A stretch of 62,912 bases of DNA, counting the filler. It is 5 parts of 5 records of this genome, joined end to end, with 100 filler letters (N's around TTAATTAATTAA, not from the genome) between each part and the next. Parts side by side here need not be neighbours in the genome. Positions count along the whole stretch, not along the records: positions 1 to 9,474 come from SRR22947725_1886; 4 more parts are not named here. The stretch is one strand, 5' to 3'. The translations under genes and the position numbers were made by a program. The notes beneath the pieces are model-generated. The model was given only the letters and a program-made list of their open reading frames with translations, made no database searches and was not told the origin of the DNA. Positions 1 through 9,574 of this stretch are shown here, one piece after another; within the stretch, counting starts at the first letter, position 1; each line of letters begins with the position of its first letter.

Positions 1-288
1 AATTGTATTATTAATTTTATGTGCACCAGTGTGACATAAATCTTCCCTTTTTAGATATATTTTGGTATTATATTTATCTGAAAGTCTGCTTGCAAAATAC
101 AAAGGAGTAGGTCTGCCAACATAATCTTTCAAAAGTTCGTCAAACTCTTTTTTAAAACTAGTCTCTGAACATATTTTTATGTATTTAGATCTTAATTCTT
201 CAATATTGGAATACATCATTTCTGGAATGTATGCACCGCCAAATTCGCCGTAATATCCTTTGTTATCAACGTTATAAGTACTATTCAT
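1..288 (-). CDS. trpB: tryptophan synthase beta chain, N-terminal part (runs off window start)
   Basis: Manual translation from ATG at 288: [23 protein letters not shown]...YVGRPTPL...[16 protein letters not shown] (PLP-lysine motif); directly follows trpF. Confidence 0.95.
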   Translation of the reverse strand, partial: MNSTYNVDNKGYYGEFGGAYIPEMMYSNIEELRSKYIKICSETSFKKEFDELLKDYVGRPTPLYFASRLSDKYNTKIYLKREDLCHTGAHKINNTI

Positions 289-291
289 TAT

Positions 292-894
292 TTAAATTTT
301 ATCAATTAATGATTTTATTTTAGCTCTGTCTTTTTTTAAATTAGGTAATTCAAACTTGCTGTTTATATCTATTCCGATAATTGGATAAATTTTTCTAATT
401 TTTTTAATCTCTTCAATATCATTCTCACTTATCCCTCCACTCAAAAAAAAATATTTTTTTGAATTGTAATTTTTTAATATTTCCCAATTAAATTTTTTTC
501 CACTTCCACCGTGAAGATTAGTTTTTGTGTCAAATAAATAATAATCTGAAACATTTTCAAATTTTTTCACTTTATCAAAATTAAAAGTATCATCAATTTT
601 AAACACTTTAATTACTTTACAAATTGATTTTATTGATAAACAATATCTGACATCTTCTTCCCCATGAAGCTGAACATAATCAAGTTTATATTTTTTTATG
701 TTATCAATTACTTCATTGATTTCCTGATTCACAAAAACACCAACTCTATTTATTTTATCATTTAATATTAATTTTGATTCATTAAAAAATCTTTTTGATT
801 TCTTGTAAAAAATAAAACCCATAAAATCAGGCTTTAAGCTTTCAATTTCACTAATATTTTCTGAGAATTTCATCCCACAAACTTTTAATTTCAT
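292..894 (-). CDS. trpF: phosphoribosylanthranilate isomerase
   Basis: KVCG, VGVFVNQ, VQLHG, GGSGKKFNW, LSGG motifs; trp operon context. Confidence 0.95.
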   Translation of the reverse strand: MKLKVCGMKFSENISEIESLKPDFMGFIFYKKSKRFFNESKLILNDKINRVGVFVNQEINEVIDNIKKYKLDYVQLHGEEDVRYCLSIKSICKVIKVFKIDDTFNFDKVKKFENVSDYYLFDTKTNLHGGSGKKFNWEILKNYNSKKYFFLSGGISENDIEEIKKIRKIYPIIGIDINSKFELPNLKKDRAKIKSLIDKI

Positions 895-1673
895 ATTATG
901 TTTTGAATTAGATTTAAAACTTCTTTTCCTGGATTATTATTTTTCATAAATAATTCTCCGATTAAAAAACCTTTAAATCCATTTTTTCTAAGTTTTATTA
1001 TTTCATCGTAATTTGAAATTCCACTTTCTGAGATTGTTAAATAATTTTCAGGAATCATATTAGATAATTTTATACTTGTATTAATATCAACTTCAAAAGT
1101 TTTTAAATTCCTGTTATTAACTCCAATGATATCAATAGTGTCTATTAAACATTTTTTTAATTCATTTTCATCATGTACTTCAATTAACACCTCAAGTCCA
1201 ATTTCTTTTGCTAATGAGCTAAGACTCTTTATTTTATCTTTTTCAAGACATGCTGCAATCAACAGTATAACATCAGCACCATTTGCCTTGGCTTCGATTA
1301 TTTGATATTCATCAATAATAAATTCTTTTCTTAAAATTGGAATATTTGTTAATTTTCTGGCATTTCTCAAGTCATTCAAACTTCCTCCAAAATATTCTTT
1401 GTCAGTTAATACAGAAATTCCGCAAACATTCGCATTATGATAACCAATAATTATTTCATTAATTGAAATAGAATTATTTATAATTGACTTTGAAGGAGAT
1501 TTTCTTTTATGTTCAGCAATAATTCCATGTGAACTATTTTTTAATCTATCAACTAAAGAAATTGATTTCCTTTCAAAATCTGAAAGTTTTTTTAATTCTT
1601 CAATTGAAATTGTTTTTTTAACAATATCTAATTCCTTTTTTTTGGTTTCTATTATTTTTTCTAGAATAGTCAT
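891..1673 (-). CDS. trpC: indole-3-glycerol phosphate synthase
   Basis: IIAEHKRKSPS, ISVLTD, LRKEFI, GVNNRNL, SESG motifs. Confidence 0.96.
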   Translation of the reverse strand: MTILEKIIETKKKELDIVKKTISIEELKKLSDFERKSISLVDRLKNSSHGIIAEHKRKSPSKSIINNSISINEIIIGYHNANVCGISVLTDKEYFGGSLNDLRNARKLTNIPILRKEFIIDEYQIIEAKANGADVILLIAACLEKDKIKSLSSLAKEIGLEVLIEVHDENELKKCLIDTIDIIGVNNRNLKTFEVDINTSIKLSNMIPENYLTISESGISNYDEIIKLRKNGFKGFLIGELFMKNNNPGKEVLNLIQNII

Positions 1674-2665
1674 TATTCACTTAAGTTTTTAAGTTTATTA
1701 AATGCCTCAAATGCTTTATTCGATTTTAAAGCTTCTTTTGCTTTTTCAATACCATCTTCAATTGAAATATTTAATGCGGTAGAAATAGCTAATCCTGCAT
1801 TTGCAAAAATGACTTGGTTTTGAGATTTAGTTCCTTTATTTTGTAAAATATTCATGAATATTTTTGCAGACTCTTTAATTGTTTCTCCTCCATTGATAGA
1901 TTTTGAATTTAATTTTTGTAAACTTAAACCTTGTGGCGAAAATATGTTTTCTTCATTTCTAGTTATTATTTTAACGTTTCCTGTTAGTGATATTTCATCA
2001 TAACCATCTAAAGAATGAATTATCGCATAGTTTTTATTTGTTTTTTGAAATAAATAGGAATAAAGCCTAGCTAGCTCTAAATTAAATACACCTACTATTT
2101 GATTTTTTGGAAAAGATGGATTTACTAAAGGTCCTAAAATATTAAAAAAAGTTTTTAATCCTAGTTCTTTTCTTATTGGTGCAACATTTTTCATCGCGGG
2201 GTGAAAAAGAGGTGCATGTAAAATACATATTCCACTTTTTTCAATTGATTTTTTTAAAAAATCTTTATTATTTGAAAACTTGATACCTAAAAACTCCAAT
2301 ACATTACTTGATCCACAAGATGATGAAACTCCATAATTACCATGCTTTGAAACATTTACTTTAGCACCAGCAGTTACAAAAGCTGATAACGTAGAAATAT
2401 TAAATGTGTCTTTATTATCTCCTCCTGTTCCACATAAATCAATTGTATTATAATCAGATAAATCAATCTTAATACATAGTTCAAGTAATGCTTCTTTAAA
2501 ACCTTGCAGTTCCTCCAAAGTAATATTTCTCATCATAAAAATTGTCAAAAACGAACTAATGTGACTATTGTTATACTTTCCTTTTGAAATATTTAATAGC
2601 ACTTCTTTGGCTTCATCTTTAGATAAAGTATTATGTGAGCTTAGTTTGTTAATTATATCTTTCAT
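1673..2665 (-). CDS. trpD: anthranilate phosphoribosyltransferase
   Basis: DLCGTGGD, FNIST, KHGN, FHPAM, GYDE motifs. Confidence 0.96.
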   Translation of the reverse strand: MKDIINKLSSHNTLSKDEAKEVLLNISKGKYNNSHISSFLTIFMMRNITLEELQGFKEALLELCIKIDLSDYNTIDLCGTGGDNKDTFNISTLSAFVTAGAKVNVSKHGNYGVSSSCGSSNVLEFLGIKFSNNKDFLKKSIEKSGICILHAPLFHPAMKNVAPIRKELGLKTFFNILGPLVNPSFPKNQIVGVFNLELARLYSYLFQKTNKNYAIIHSLDGYDEISLTGNVKIITRNEENIFSPQGLSLQKLNSKSINGGETIKESAKIFMNILQNKGTKSQNQVIFANAGLAISTALNISIEDGIEKAKEALKSNKAFEAFNKLKNLSE

Positions 2666-2668
2666 TAA

Positions 2669-3229
2669 TTAATTTTTTAACCAATTATTTAGAAGTGCTT
2701 TTCCTTCCTCAGTCAATATTGATTCTGGATGAAATTGGACTCCTCTAATATCATAATCCTTATGTTTTAAAGCCATTATTTGTTTGTTTTCATCATAGGC
2801 TAAAATCTCAAGGCAGTCCGGAATCGGTTCCTCTACAACCCAAGAGTGGTATCTACCAACATTTAGTGGATTTGATAGATTATTGAAAATATAATCTTTC
2901 TTTATAATATCAATTTTACTAGCTACGCCATGAAAGACTTCGTCAAGGTTTTTGAGTTTAGCTCCAAAAACTTCTGCTATTGCTTGATGACCTAAGCAAA
3001 CTCCAAGTATTTTTTTTGATTTTCCAAAATGATTAATAATGTTTTTCAATTCTCCAGCTTCGTCTGGAATACCTGGTCCTGGTGAGAGTACTATGCAATC
3101 ATATTTCTCAATCTCTTTCAAAGTTACCTCGTCATTTCTTTTGACGGTAACTTCACAATTTAGTTCCTCAAAATAATGAACTAGATTATAAGTGAAAGAA
3201 TCGTAATTATCTATAACTATTAATTTCAT
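2669..3229 (-). CDS. trpG: anthranilate synthase component II (glutamine amidotransferase)
   Basis: IDNYDSFTYN, SPGPG, GVCLGHQ, QFHPES motifs. Confidence 0.96.
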   Translation of the reverse strand: MKLIVIDNYDSFTYNLVHYFEELNCEVTVKRNDEVTLKEIEKYDCIVLSPGPGIPDEAGELKNIINHFGKSKKILGVCLGHQAIAEVFGAKLKNLDEVFHGVASKIDIIKKDYIFNNLSNPLNVGRYHSWVVEEPIPDCLEILAYDENKQIMALKHKDYDIRGVQFHPESILTEEGKALLNNWLKN

Positions 3230-3231
3230 GT

Positions 3232-4626
3232 TTAGATTTTTTCAGCTAGTTCTAAAGCCTTGTTTAAGGCCCCTAGTTTATTATTAATTTCTTGTAATTC
3301 ACTAATAGGATTAGATTTTGAGACAATACCTGCTCCAGCTTGAAAAATGAGTTCATGATTTTTACTCAAAAATGATCTTATAATAATAGCATGATTAAAA
3401 TTACCTTCAAAATCCATAAACCCAAGTGCTCCACCATAAAATGATCTGTTACAATTTTCATATTTGGAAATTAATTGCATAGCTCTGTGTTTTGGAGCTC
3501 CTGACAATGTACCCGCAGGAAAGGTGTCAGCTGCAATTTGTAGGGTGGAGGAATTATTTTTTTTAGTAGCGGTCACTTTGGAAACTAAATGAATAACATG
3601 TGAATAAAATTGTATTTCTCTATCTTTTTCAACAGTAACGTTATTACCATTTCTGCTCAAATCATTTCTAGCTAAATCCACAAGCATCATGTGTTCGCTA
3701 TTTTCTTTTTTATCAATAGCTAATTTTTTAGCTTCAATCGAATCTTTATTATCATTTCCTGTTCTTATAAAAGTTCCTGCTATTGGATGAATTTCTGCTT
3801 TATTATTTTCAACAACAAGTTGAGCTTCAGGCGAACTTCCAAATATTTTATAACTACCATAATCAAAATAAAATAAATAAGGAGAAGGATTTACTGATCT
3901 TAGAGCTCTATATAAATTAAACTCATCACCTTCAAATTTTTGTTTGAACCTTCTTGACAATACTATTTGAAATACATCTCCTCTTTCACAATGTTTTATT
4001 CCTTTTTTAACTAAATCCAAATACTCATTATCTTTTAAATTTGATCTTATTTCTCCAGATTTTGAAAAAGGATATTTAGACAATTTATTAGACTTTATAT
4101 GTTCTTCAATTTCATCTAAATTATTTTTTTCATCATAGCTGTGGTGCAGTAAAATAGCTTCGTTATTGAAAACATTAATTATAATAATATTTGAATAAAA
4201 TGCATAAAAAATATCCGGAATTTCAATATCATTTTTTTTAGATTTTAATGAAATTTTTTCAAAATGTTTTACTGCATCATAATTCATATATCCAATTAAT
4301 CCGCTCTCGAAAAATTTTGAATCTGACTTTAAAGTTTTAAATCTTTTACAAAATAAGTTTAACTCTGAAACAACGTTAACTCGTTTATCAATTTCTTTGT
4401 TTTGACTTTTTTTATCAGGAAATGTTTGATTTATTTGATCTCCTTTAACTTTAAATGTTGAAATTGGGTTAAAACACACATATGCATAACTATTATCGTT
4501 AGCTCCATAATCACTACTTTCTAAAAGTATTGAATTAGAAAATTTATCTCTGATTTTTTGATATATACTAACGGGTGTCATTGTATCAGCTAATATTTTT
4601 TTTCTAAAAGTTTTTATTTTATACAC
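3232..4626 (-). CDS. trpE: anthranilate synthase component I
   Basis: LLES, NPSPY, GSSPE, EHMMLVDLARND, FPAGTLSGAPK motifs; GTG start. Confidence 0.96.
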   Translation of the reverse strand: MYKIKTFRKKILADTMTPVSIYQKIRDKFSNSILLESSDYGANDNSYAYVCFNPISTFKVKGDQINQTFPDKKSQNKEIDKRVNVVSELNLFCKRFKTLKSDSKFFESGLIGYMNYDAVKHFEKISLKSKKNDIEIPDIFYAFYSNIIIINVFNNEAILLHHSYDEKNNLDEIEEHIKSNKLSKYPFSKSGEIRSNLKDNEYLDLVKKGIKHCERGDVFQIVLSRRFKQKFEGDEFNLYRALRSVNPSPYLFYFDYGSYKIFGSSPEAQLVVENNKAEIHPIAGTFIRTGNDNKDSIEAKKLAIDKKENSEHMMLVDLARNDLSRNGNNVTVEKDREIQFYSHVIHLVSKVTATKKNNSSTLQIAADTFPAGTLSGAPKHRAMQLISKYENCNRSFYGGALGFMDFEGNFNHAIIIRSFLSKNHELIFQAGAGIVSKSNPISELQEINNKLGALNKALELAEKI

Positions 4627-4644
4627 TATTATATGTTTTTAATT

Positions 4645-4675
4645 AAAAAAGGCTTGTCGATAAACAAGCCTTTTT
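4645..4675 (-). terminator. trp attenuator terminator hairpin
   Basis: Minus strand AAAAAGGCTTGT-TTATCG-ACAAGCC-TTTTTT: perfect stem followed by a U tract, lying between the leader ORF and trpE. Confidence 0.85.
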
Positions 4676-4706
4676 ATATTTGAACAAACTAAAAGATTAT
4701 CTCGAC

Positions 4707-4760
4707 TTAATTAAAATTAAGTAAACGCCACCAATTAGAATGTGATAATTTTTTAAACAT
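4707..4760 (-). CDS. trpL: trp operon leader peptide MFKKLSHSNWWRLLNFN
   Basis: 17-codon ORF with tandem TGG TGG upstream of a terminator hairpin and trpE; not in the ORF track. Confidence 0.85.
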   Translation of the reverse strand: MFKKLSHSNWWRLLNFN

Positions 4761-4764
4761 TATT

Positions 4765-4772
4765 CAAATATA
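4765..4772 (-). promoter_or_regulatory. Bacteroidota -7 promoter element (TATATTTG) for the trp leader/operon
   Basis: Exact TAnnTTTG match 4 nt upstream of the leader ATG. Confidence 0.65.
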
Positions 4773-4834
4773 TAAACGAAAATTATACATAACAACAAAT
4801 ATTTAATAATTTTATTTTTAAATTAAAATAATAA

Positions 4835-5140
4835 ATGGATTTAGATCAAATAAAATGGGCAAGTGAGTCTGTTGAGACAAATAATATTATTCTCGACGTT
4901 AGAACACCAGAAGAATTTAGTGAAGGTTATATTGCTAATGCTACTAATTTAAACATATACGATGCAAATACATTTATGTCCAAAATTCAATCATATAACA
5001 AAGAAAATAGCTATTACCTATATTGTAAATCAGGTGCTAGAAGTGCCCAAGCCTGTCAGATAATGAGTCAATTAGGCTTTAATAATGTTTATAATCTTCT
5101 TGGCGGTATTACAAATTGGAAAGGAGAAATTTCAAAATGA
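4835..5140 (+). CDS. rhodanese-like domain protein
   Basis: LDVRTPEEF, YCKSGARS active-site loop, NLLGGITNW. Confidence 0.9.
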   Translation: MDLDQIKWASESVETNNIILDVRTPEEFSEGYIANATNLNIYDANTFMSKIQSYNKENSYYLYCKSGARSAQACQIMSQLGFNNVYNLLGGITNWKGEISK

Positions 5141-5358
5141 TGTTGCGTTTAAGGTATTTTTTTGAAAGACACGGTTATTCAGTTTGTTCAAGATTAGCTG
5201 ATTGGTTGGGTATGAAGAAAAAAAATGTTAGAATATTTTTTATATACAGTAGTTTTTTCTCACTTGGATTTGGTTTTTTTTTCTATCTGATTCTTGCTTT
5301 TTGGTTAAAGATTAAAGATTTAATTTCTTCTAAAAGATCATCAGTGTTTGATTTGTAA
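5137..5358 (+). CDS. PspC-domain membrane protein
   Basis: VCSRLADWLG...VRIFFI followed by a TM helix; start taken at the ATGA overlap with the rhodanese stop rather than the ORF-track start at 5116. Confidence 0.75.
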   Translation: MMLRLRYFFERHGYSVCSRLADWLGMKKKNVRIFFIYSSFFSLGFGFFFYLILAFWLKIKDLISSKRSSVFDL

Positions 5359-5426
5359 TAAAAAACATTTGAATTATTATTTATTATTTGCATCTTGTTA
5401 ATTATTCTCACACTTAACTAAAACAA

Positions 5427-6959
5427 ATGAAAAAAATATATTTATCCCTTTTGTTAATTTTATCTACTTCACTTTCTTTTTCACAGGAAAAAGGTATTGA
5501 TCAAAAAATAGATGAGGCCTTTGCTCCAATTTCTAATTTTTTTAGTGAAGTTGTTTTCTTTCAAGTTGGAGGATATCCTTTTGTAATATTATTACTGGTA
5601 GGTAGTGCGATGTTCTTCACTTTATATTTTGGATTTCCAAATATCAAGTATTTTTTTACTGCAGTTAATGTTGTTAGAGGAAAATACGACGATCATGATA
5701 AAAGTGAATCAAACGATTCTGGTGAGGGAGAAGTGTCCCATTTTCAAGCATTAGCTACAGCAGTTTCTGGAACTGTTGGAAATGGAAATATCGCTGGAGT
5801 AGCTTTAGCTATTGCGCTTGGTGGTCCAGGAGCAACTTTTTGGATGATTATTTGTGGTTTACTAGGAATGTCAACAAAATTTGTTGAATGTACATTAGGT
5901 GTTCAATACAGAGATGTTGGAGAAGACGGAACAGTGTATGGAGGCCCAATGTATTATTTGACAAAAGGACTAAAGGAAAAAGGTTTTGAAAATTTAGGTA
6001 AAATCGCGGCCGTTATTTTTGCAATATGTTGTATTGGAGGTTCTTTTGGTGGTGGAAATGCTGCTCAGTCTAATCAGGCAACTATTGTGGTTAAACAGTT
6101 ATTAGGTTTTGAAAGTACAAGTGCCGGAGCTGTTATTGGAATAATTTTAGCAATTGTTGTTGGTGTGATAATTATCGGAGGGATTAAAAGAATTGCTTCA
6201 GTTACTGAAAAAGTAGTTCCATTTATGGCCCTTCTTTATTTATTTGCTTGTTTGTATATAATATTATCAAATTTCACATTTGTTGATGATGCAATTAGCT
6301 TGATTATATCAGAGGCGTTTAATCCTACTGCAATGGGAGTAGGTGGTGTTATTGGAGTTCTTATGGTTGGTTTTAAAAGAGCTGCATTTTCAAATGAGGC
6401 TGGAGCAGGTTCTGCTTCAATTGCACACTCTGCTGTAAAGACAAAGTATTCAGCTAGTGAAGGATTGGTAGCGCTTTTAGAACCTTTTATAGATACTGTA
6501 GTTATTTGCACAATGACCGCTCTTGTTATAATAATTTTCAATTTTGGTGGATACTTTGAATATGGAGGTGATGGTTTAGGAACTGTAATGATTGATGGTG
6601 TTCCATATGAGGGTGCAGGAATAACATCTCAAGCCTTTGCCCAGTACATTCCATTTTCTGACGTGTTCTTGACAATTGCGGTAGTATTATTTGCTGTTTC
6701 AACTATGATTTCTTGGTCATATTATGGTTTACAGTCTTGGAAATTTTTATTTGGAAGAGGAAAAGCAGCTGATTTAACTTATAAATTATTATTTTGTTTA
6801 TTTATTGTTATTGGTGCAGCTGCAAGTATGAATTCAATATGGGCATTTTCTGATGCAATGATTTTTGCTATGGTATTTCCAAATATGATTGGACTATACT
6901 TTTTATTTCCTGTTGTTAAGGAACAACTTAATAAATATTTGAAAGTTATTAAACAGTAG
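5427..6959 (+). CDS. alanine/glycine:cation symporter (AGCS family)
   Basis: GTVGNGNIAGVA, GGPGATFWM, GGPMYY, FSNEAGAGSA motifs. Confidence 0.93.
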   Translation: MKKIYLSLLLILSTSLSFSQEKGIDQKIDEAFAPISNFFSEVVFFQVGGYPFVILLLVGSAMFFTLYFGFPNIKYFFTAVNVVRGKYDDHDKSESNDSGEGEVSHFQALATAVSGTVGNGNIAGVALAIALGGPGATFWMIICGLLGMSTKFVECTLGVQYRDVGEDGTVYGGPMYYLTKGLKEKGFENLGKIAAVIFAICCIGGSFGGGNAAQSNQATIVVKQLLGFESTSAGAVIGIILAIVVGVIIIGGIKRIASVTEKVVPFMALLYLFACLYIILSNFTFVDDAISLIISEAFNPTAMGVGGVIGVLMVGFKRAAFSNEAGAGSASIAHSAVKTKYSASEGLVALLEPFIDTVVICTMTALVIIIFNFGGYFEYGGDGLGTVMIDGVPYEGAGITSQAFAQYIPFSDVFLTIAVVLFAVSTMISWSYYGLQSWKFLFGRGKAADLTYKLLFCLFIVIGAAASMNSIWAFSDAMIFAMVFPNMIGLYFLFPVVKEQLNKYLKVIKQ

Positions 6960-7042
6960 ATTTTATTTATGTTATAATCATAAATTACCTTAATTTTGGC
7001 ATTAATATTGTTAATACGTTATTAGAATATTTCAATTAATTT

Positions 7043-8182
7043 ATGGATTTTAATTTAGACCCAAATAACAGTTTAGTAGCTGAATCTGCTAAATCTTTTG
7101 CAAACAAGTTTATCAAACCCAATGTGATGGAATGGGATGAGTCTCAATATTTTCCAAAACATTTGTTTAAACAAGCGGGAGAGTTTGGCTTTATGGGTAT
7201 ACTAGTTCCTGAATCACTTGGAGGTTCTGGTCTTGGTTATCACGAATATGTTTCTATAATTGAAGAAATTTCTAAAGTTGATCCGTCGATTGGACTCTCA
7301 GTTGCTGCTCACAATTCATTATGTACAAACCATATCCTTCTTTTTGGAACCGATTTACAAAAAAAGAAATGGATACCTAAGTTAGCTTCAGGACGTCATC
7401 TTGGTGCTTGGGGTTTGACAGAAAATAATTCCGGTTCAGACGCTAGTGGTATGTCTTCAACAGCAATTAAAGATGGTGAAAATTGGGTTTTAAATGGAAC
7501 GAAAAATTTTATTACTCACGGAATTTCTGGAGATATTGCAGTTGCAATTTTTAGAACTGGAGAAAAAGGTCAAAAAAGAAATGCTACAGCTTTTGTTATT
7601 GAAAGAGGAACAAAAGGATTTGGTTCTGGAAAAAAAGAAAATAAGCTTGGTATGAGAGCTTCTGAAACTGCAGAAATGATATTTGACAATTGTATTATTA
7701 GTGACGATAATAGATTAGGCGAAGTTGGAGAAGGATTTATTCAGTCTATGAAAATACTAGATGGTGGGAGAATATCTATTGCAGCACTTTCTCTTGGAAT
7801 TGCGAAAGGTGCTTTTAATGCGGCTCTTAAATATTCTAAAGAACGTGTACAATTTGGAAAACCTATTAGTTCTTTTCAGGGAATTTCATTTAAATTAGCT
7901 GAAATGGCTACTGAAATCGAGGCTTCTGAACTATTGATACATAAGGCATCATTTGAAAAAAACAATAATAGACCGATGACAAAATTAAGTGCTATGTGTA
8001 AAATGTATGCATCTGAAGTTTGTGTCAGGGTTGCAAATGAGTCTGTTCAAATCCATGGTGGATATGGTTATATAAAAGAATTTCCAGTTGAAAAATTTTA
8101 CAGAGATTCAAAACTTTGTACAATAGGAGAGGGAACTACAGAAATTCAAAAATTAGTTATCTCAAGAAATATTTTAAAATAA
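7043..8182 (+). CDS. acyl-CoA dehydrogenase
   Basis: LTE..SGSD, LNGTKNFIT, QIHGGYGY, IGEGTTEIQ motifs. Confidence 0.93.
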   Translation: MDFNLDPNNSLVAESAKSFANKFIKPNVMEWDESQYFPKHLFKQAGEFGFMGILVPESLGGSGLGYHEYVSIIEEISKVDPSIGLSVAAHNSLCTNHILLFGTDLQKKKWIPKLASGRHLGAWGLTENNSGSDASGMSSTAIKDGENWVLNGTKNFITHGISGDIAVAIFRTGEKGQKRNATAFVIERGTKGFGSGKKENKLGMRASETAEMIFDNCIISDDNRLGEVGEGFIQSMKILDGGRISIAALSLGIAKGAFNAALKYSKERVQFGKPISSFQGISFKLAEMATEIEASELLIHKASFEKNNNRPMTKLSAMCKMYASEVCVRVANESVQIHGGYGYIKEFPVEKFYRDSKLCTIGEGTTEIQKLVISRNILK

Positions 8183-8207
8183 TTTCCCAGTAAATAAAAA
8201 ATGTTTT

Positions 8208-8215
8208 TATATTTG
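8208..8215 (+). promoter_or_regulatory. Bacteroidota -7 promoter element (TATATTTG) for rpsU
   Basis: Exact TAnnTTTG match 19 nt upstream of the rpsU ATG. Confidence 0.6.
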
Positions 8216-8234
8216 CTGCCTAGAAAAAATATAT

Positions 8235-8429
8235 ATGTTAATTATTCCAGTTAAAGAAGGTGAAAATATCGATAGAGCTTTAAAGAGATTTAAACGTAAA
8301 TTCGATAGAACAGGAGCTATGAAAAGTTTAAGATCTAGACAAGCTTTTATTAAGCCTTCAGTAAGAAATAGAGACAAGATCAAAAAAGCCTCTTATGTAC
8401 AAGGCTTAAGAGATCTTGAAAATATTTAA
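8235..8429 (+). CDS. rpsU: 30S ribosomal protein bS21
   Basis: VKEGENIDRALKRFKRK...FIKPS; Bacteroidota-type bS21. Confidence 0.95.
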   Translation: MLIIPVKEGENIDRALKRFKRKFDRTGAMKSLRSRQAFIKPSVRNRDKIKKASYVQGLRDLENI

Positions 8430-8480
8430 TCTTTCCAACTTTTTTGCTTTAATTGCCTAACTTTACGTTAAGTAAGTTAG

Positions 8481-9362
8481 ATGTATTTACCAAACTTTTT
8501 TGATTACTTATCTAAAGAGAAAAACTTCTCTAGAAACACTGTTATAGCTTATAGAAAAGATCTTGAAACATTTAAATTGTTCTGCCTAGATCATTATGAA
8601 ATTAGTAATATCTCAAAAGTAAGCTACCCGATTATAAGAGATTGGATTATTAACCTTTCTGAAAAAAATCTTTCTCCCTTAACTATTAATCGAAAAATAT
8701 CCTCTTTAAATAAATACTATGATTTTTTGTTGAAAACTCAAGTGAATAAAGTTTCTCCTCTTAAAAATCATAAAAGATTAAAAGTCCAAAAAAAGTTAAT
8801 AATTCCATTTTCTGAAGATGAAGTTTTTAAAGTTATTGATGTTTTTAGCAATGATTTTGAGGGAAAAAGAAATTTATTAATTGTAGATACTCTATACTCT
8901 ACAGGCATTAGAAGAGACGAACTTATAAACATCAAATTAAATGATGTTTTTTTGAGTGAGAATTTAATCAAAGTATTAGGTAAAAGAAATAAAGAAAGAT
9001 TAGTGCCAGTCCTTGGCAATTTAAATAAACGAATAAAAGATTATTTAAGTCTTCGTAAGGAAGTTAGTTTAAGTAGTTCTTATCTTTTTATAACAAATAA
9101 AGGAAAATCGATTGGCCCTTCTTTGGTTTATCGAGTTGTGAAAAAATATTTTTCAAAAGTTTCGACAAAGGTAAAAACTAGTCCACATGTCTTAAGGCAT
9201 TCCTTTGCAACTCATATGTTAAATAATGGTGCTGATATAAATAGTATAAAAGAAATAATGGGGCATTCAAGCCTTGCGTCTACTCAAATTTATACTAAAA
9301 TTAAGCTTCCAAAAATTATAAATGACTATAAGAAAAATCATCCAAGAGAAAGAAAAAAGTAA
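8481..9362 (+). CDS. xerC: XerC-like tyrosine recombinase
   Basis: TGIR, GKRNKER, HVLRHSFATH, MGHSSLASTQIYT (R-K-H-R-H-Y catalytic set); position next to rpsU. Confidence 0.85.
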   Translation: MYLPNFFDYLSKEKNFSRNTVIAYRKDLETFKLFCLDHYEISNISKVSYPIIRDWIINLSEKNLSPLTINRKISSLNKYYDFLLKTQVNKVSPLKNHKRLKVQKKLIIPFSEDEVFKVIDVFSNDFEGKRNLLIVDTLYSTGIRRDELINIKLNDVFLSENLIKVLGKRNKERLVPVLGNLNKRIKDYLSLRKEVSLSSSYLFITNKGKSIGPSLVYRVVKKYFSKVSTKVKTSPHVLRHSFATHMLNNGADINSIKEIMGHSSLASTQIYTKIKLPKIINDYKKNHPRERKK

Positions 9363-9397
9363 TCATTTTATTTTTTTTTAAAAATTAGTATTTTTCT

Positions 9398-9429
9398 TTT
9401 GATTCAAAAAAAATAAATCAATACATTTG
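9398..9429 (+). promoter_or_regulatory. Bacteroidota sigma-A promoter for the tRNA cluster
   Basis: TTTG (9398-9401), 20-nt spacer, TACATTTG (9422-9429). Confidence 0.7.
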
Positions 9430-9448
9430 CGATCCATTAATTGGAAAA

Positions 9449-9474
9449 GCCGATGTAGCTCAGCTGGCTAGAGC
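9449..9474 (+). tRNA. tRNA 5' fragment, probably tRNA-Thr (truncated by contig end)
   Basis: GCCGATGTAGCTCAGCTGGCTAGAGC gives acceptor 5' strand and D arm; anticodon not visible, identity inferred from the flavobacterial rpsU-xerC-tRNA-tuf context. Confidence 0.7.
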
Positions 9475-9574
9475 NNNNNNNNNNNNNNNNNNNNNNNNNN
9501 NNNNNNNNNNNNNNNNNNTTAATTAATTAANNNNNNNNNNNNNNNNNNNNNNNNNNNNNNNNNNNNNNNNNNNN
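9475..9574. other. artificial contig linker
   Basis: 44 N + TTAATTAATTAA (stops in all six frames) + 44 N. Confidence 0.99.

Noticed and set aside
8481..9474. Tyrosine recombinase beside a tRNA as a prophage or island integrase
   Set aside because: XerC-sized, next to rpsU in a housekeeping context, upstream of the tRNA 5' end, with no cargo genes or att repeat.
9519..9530. TTAATTAATTAA palindrome recurring four times
   Set aside because: Synthetic six-frame stop spacer embedded in N runs.
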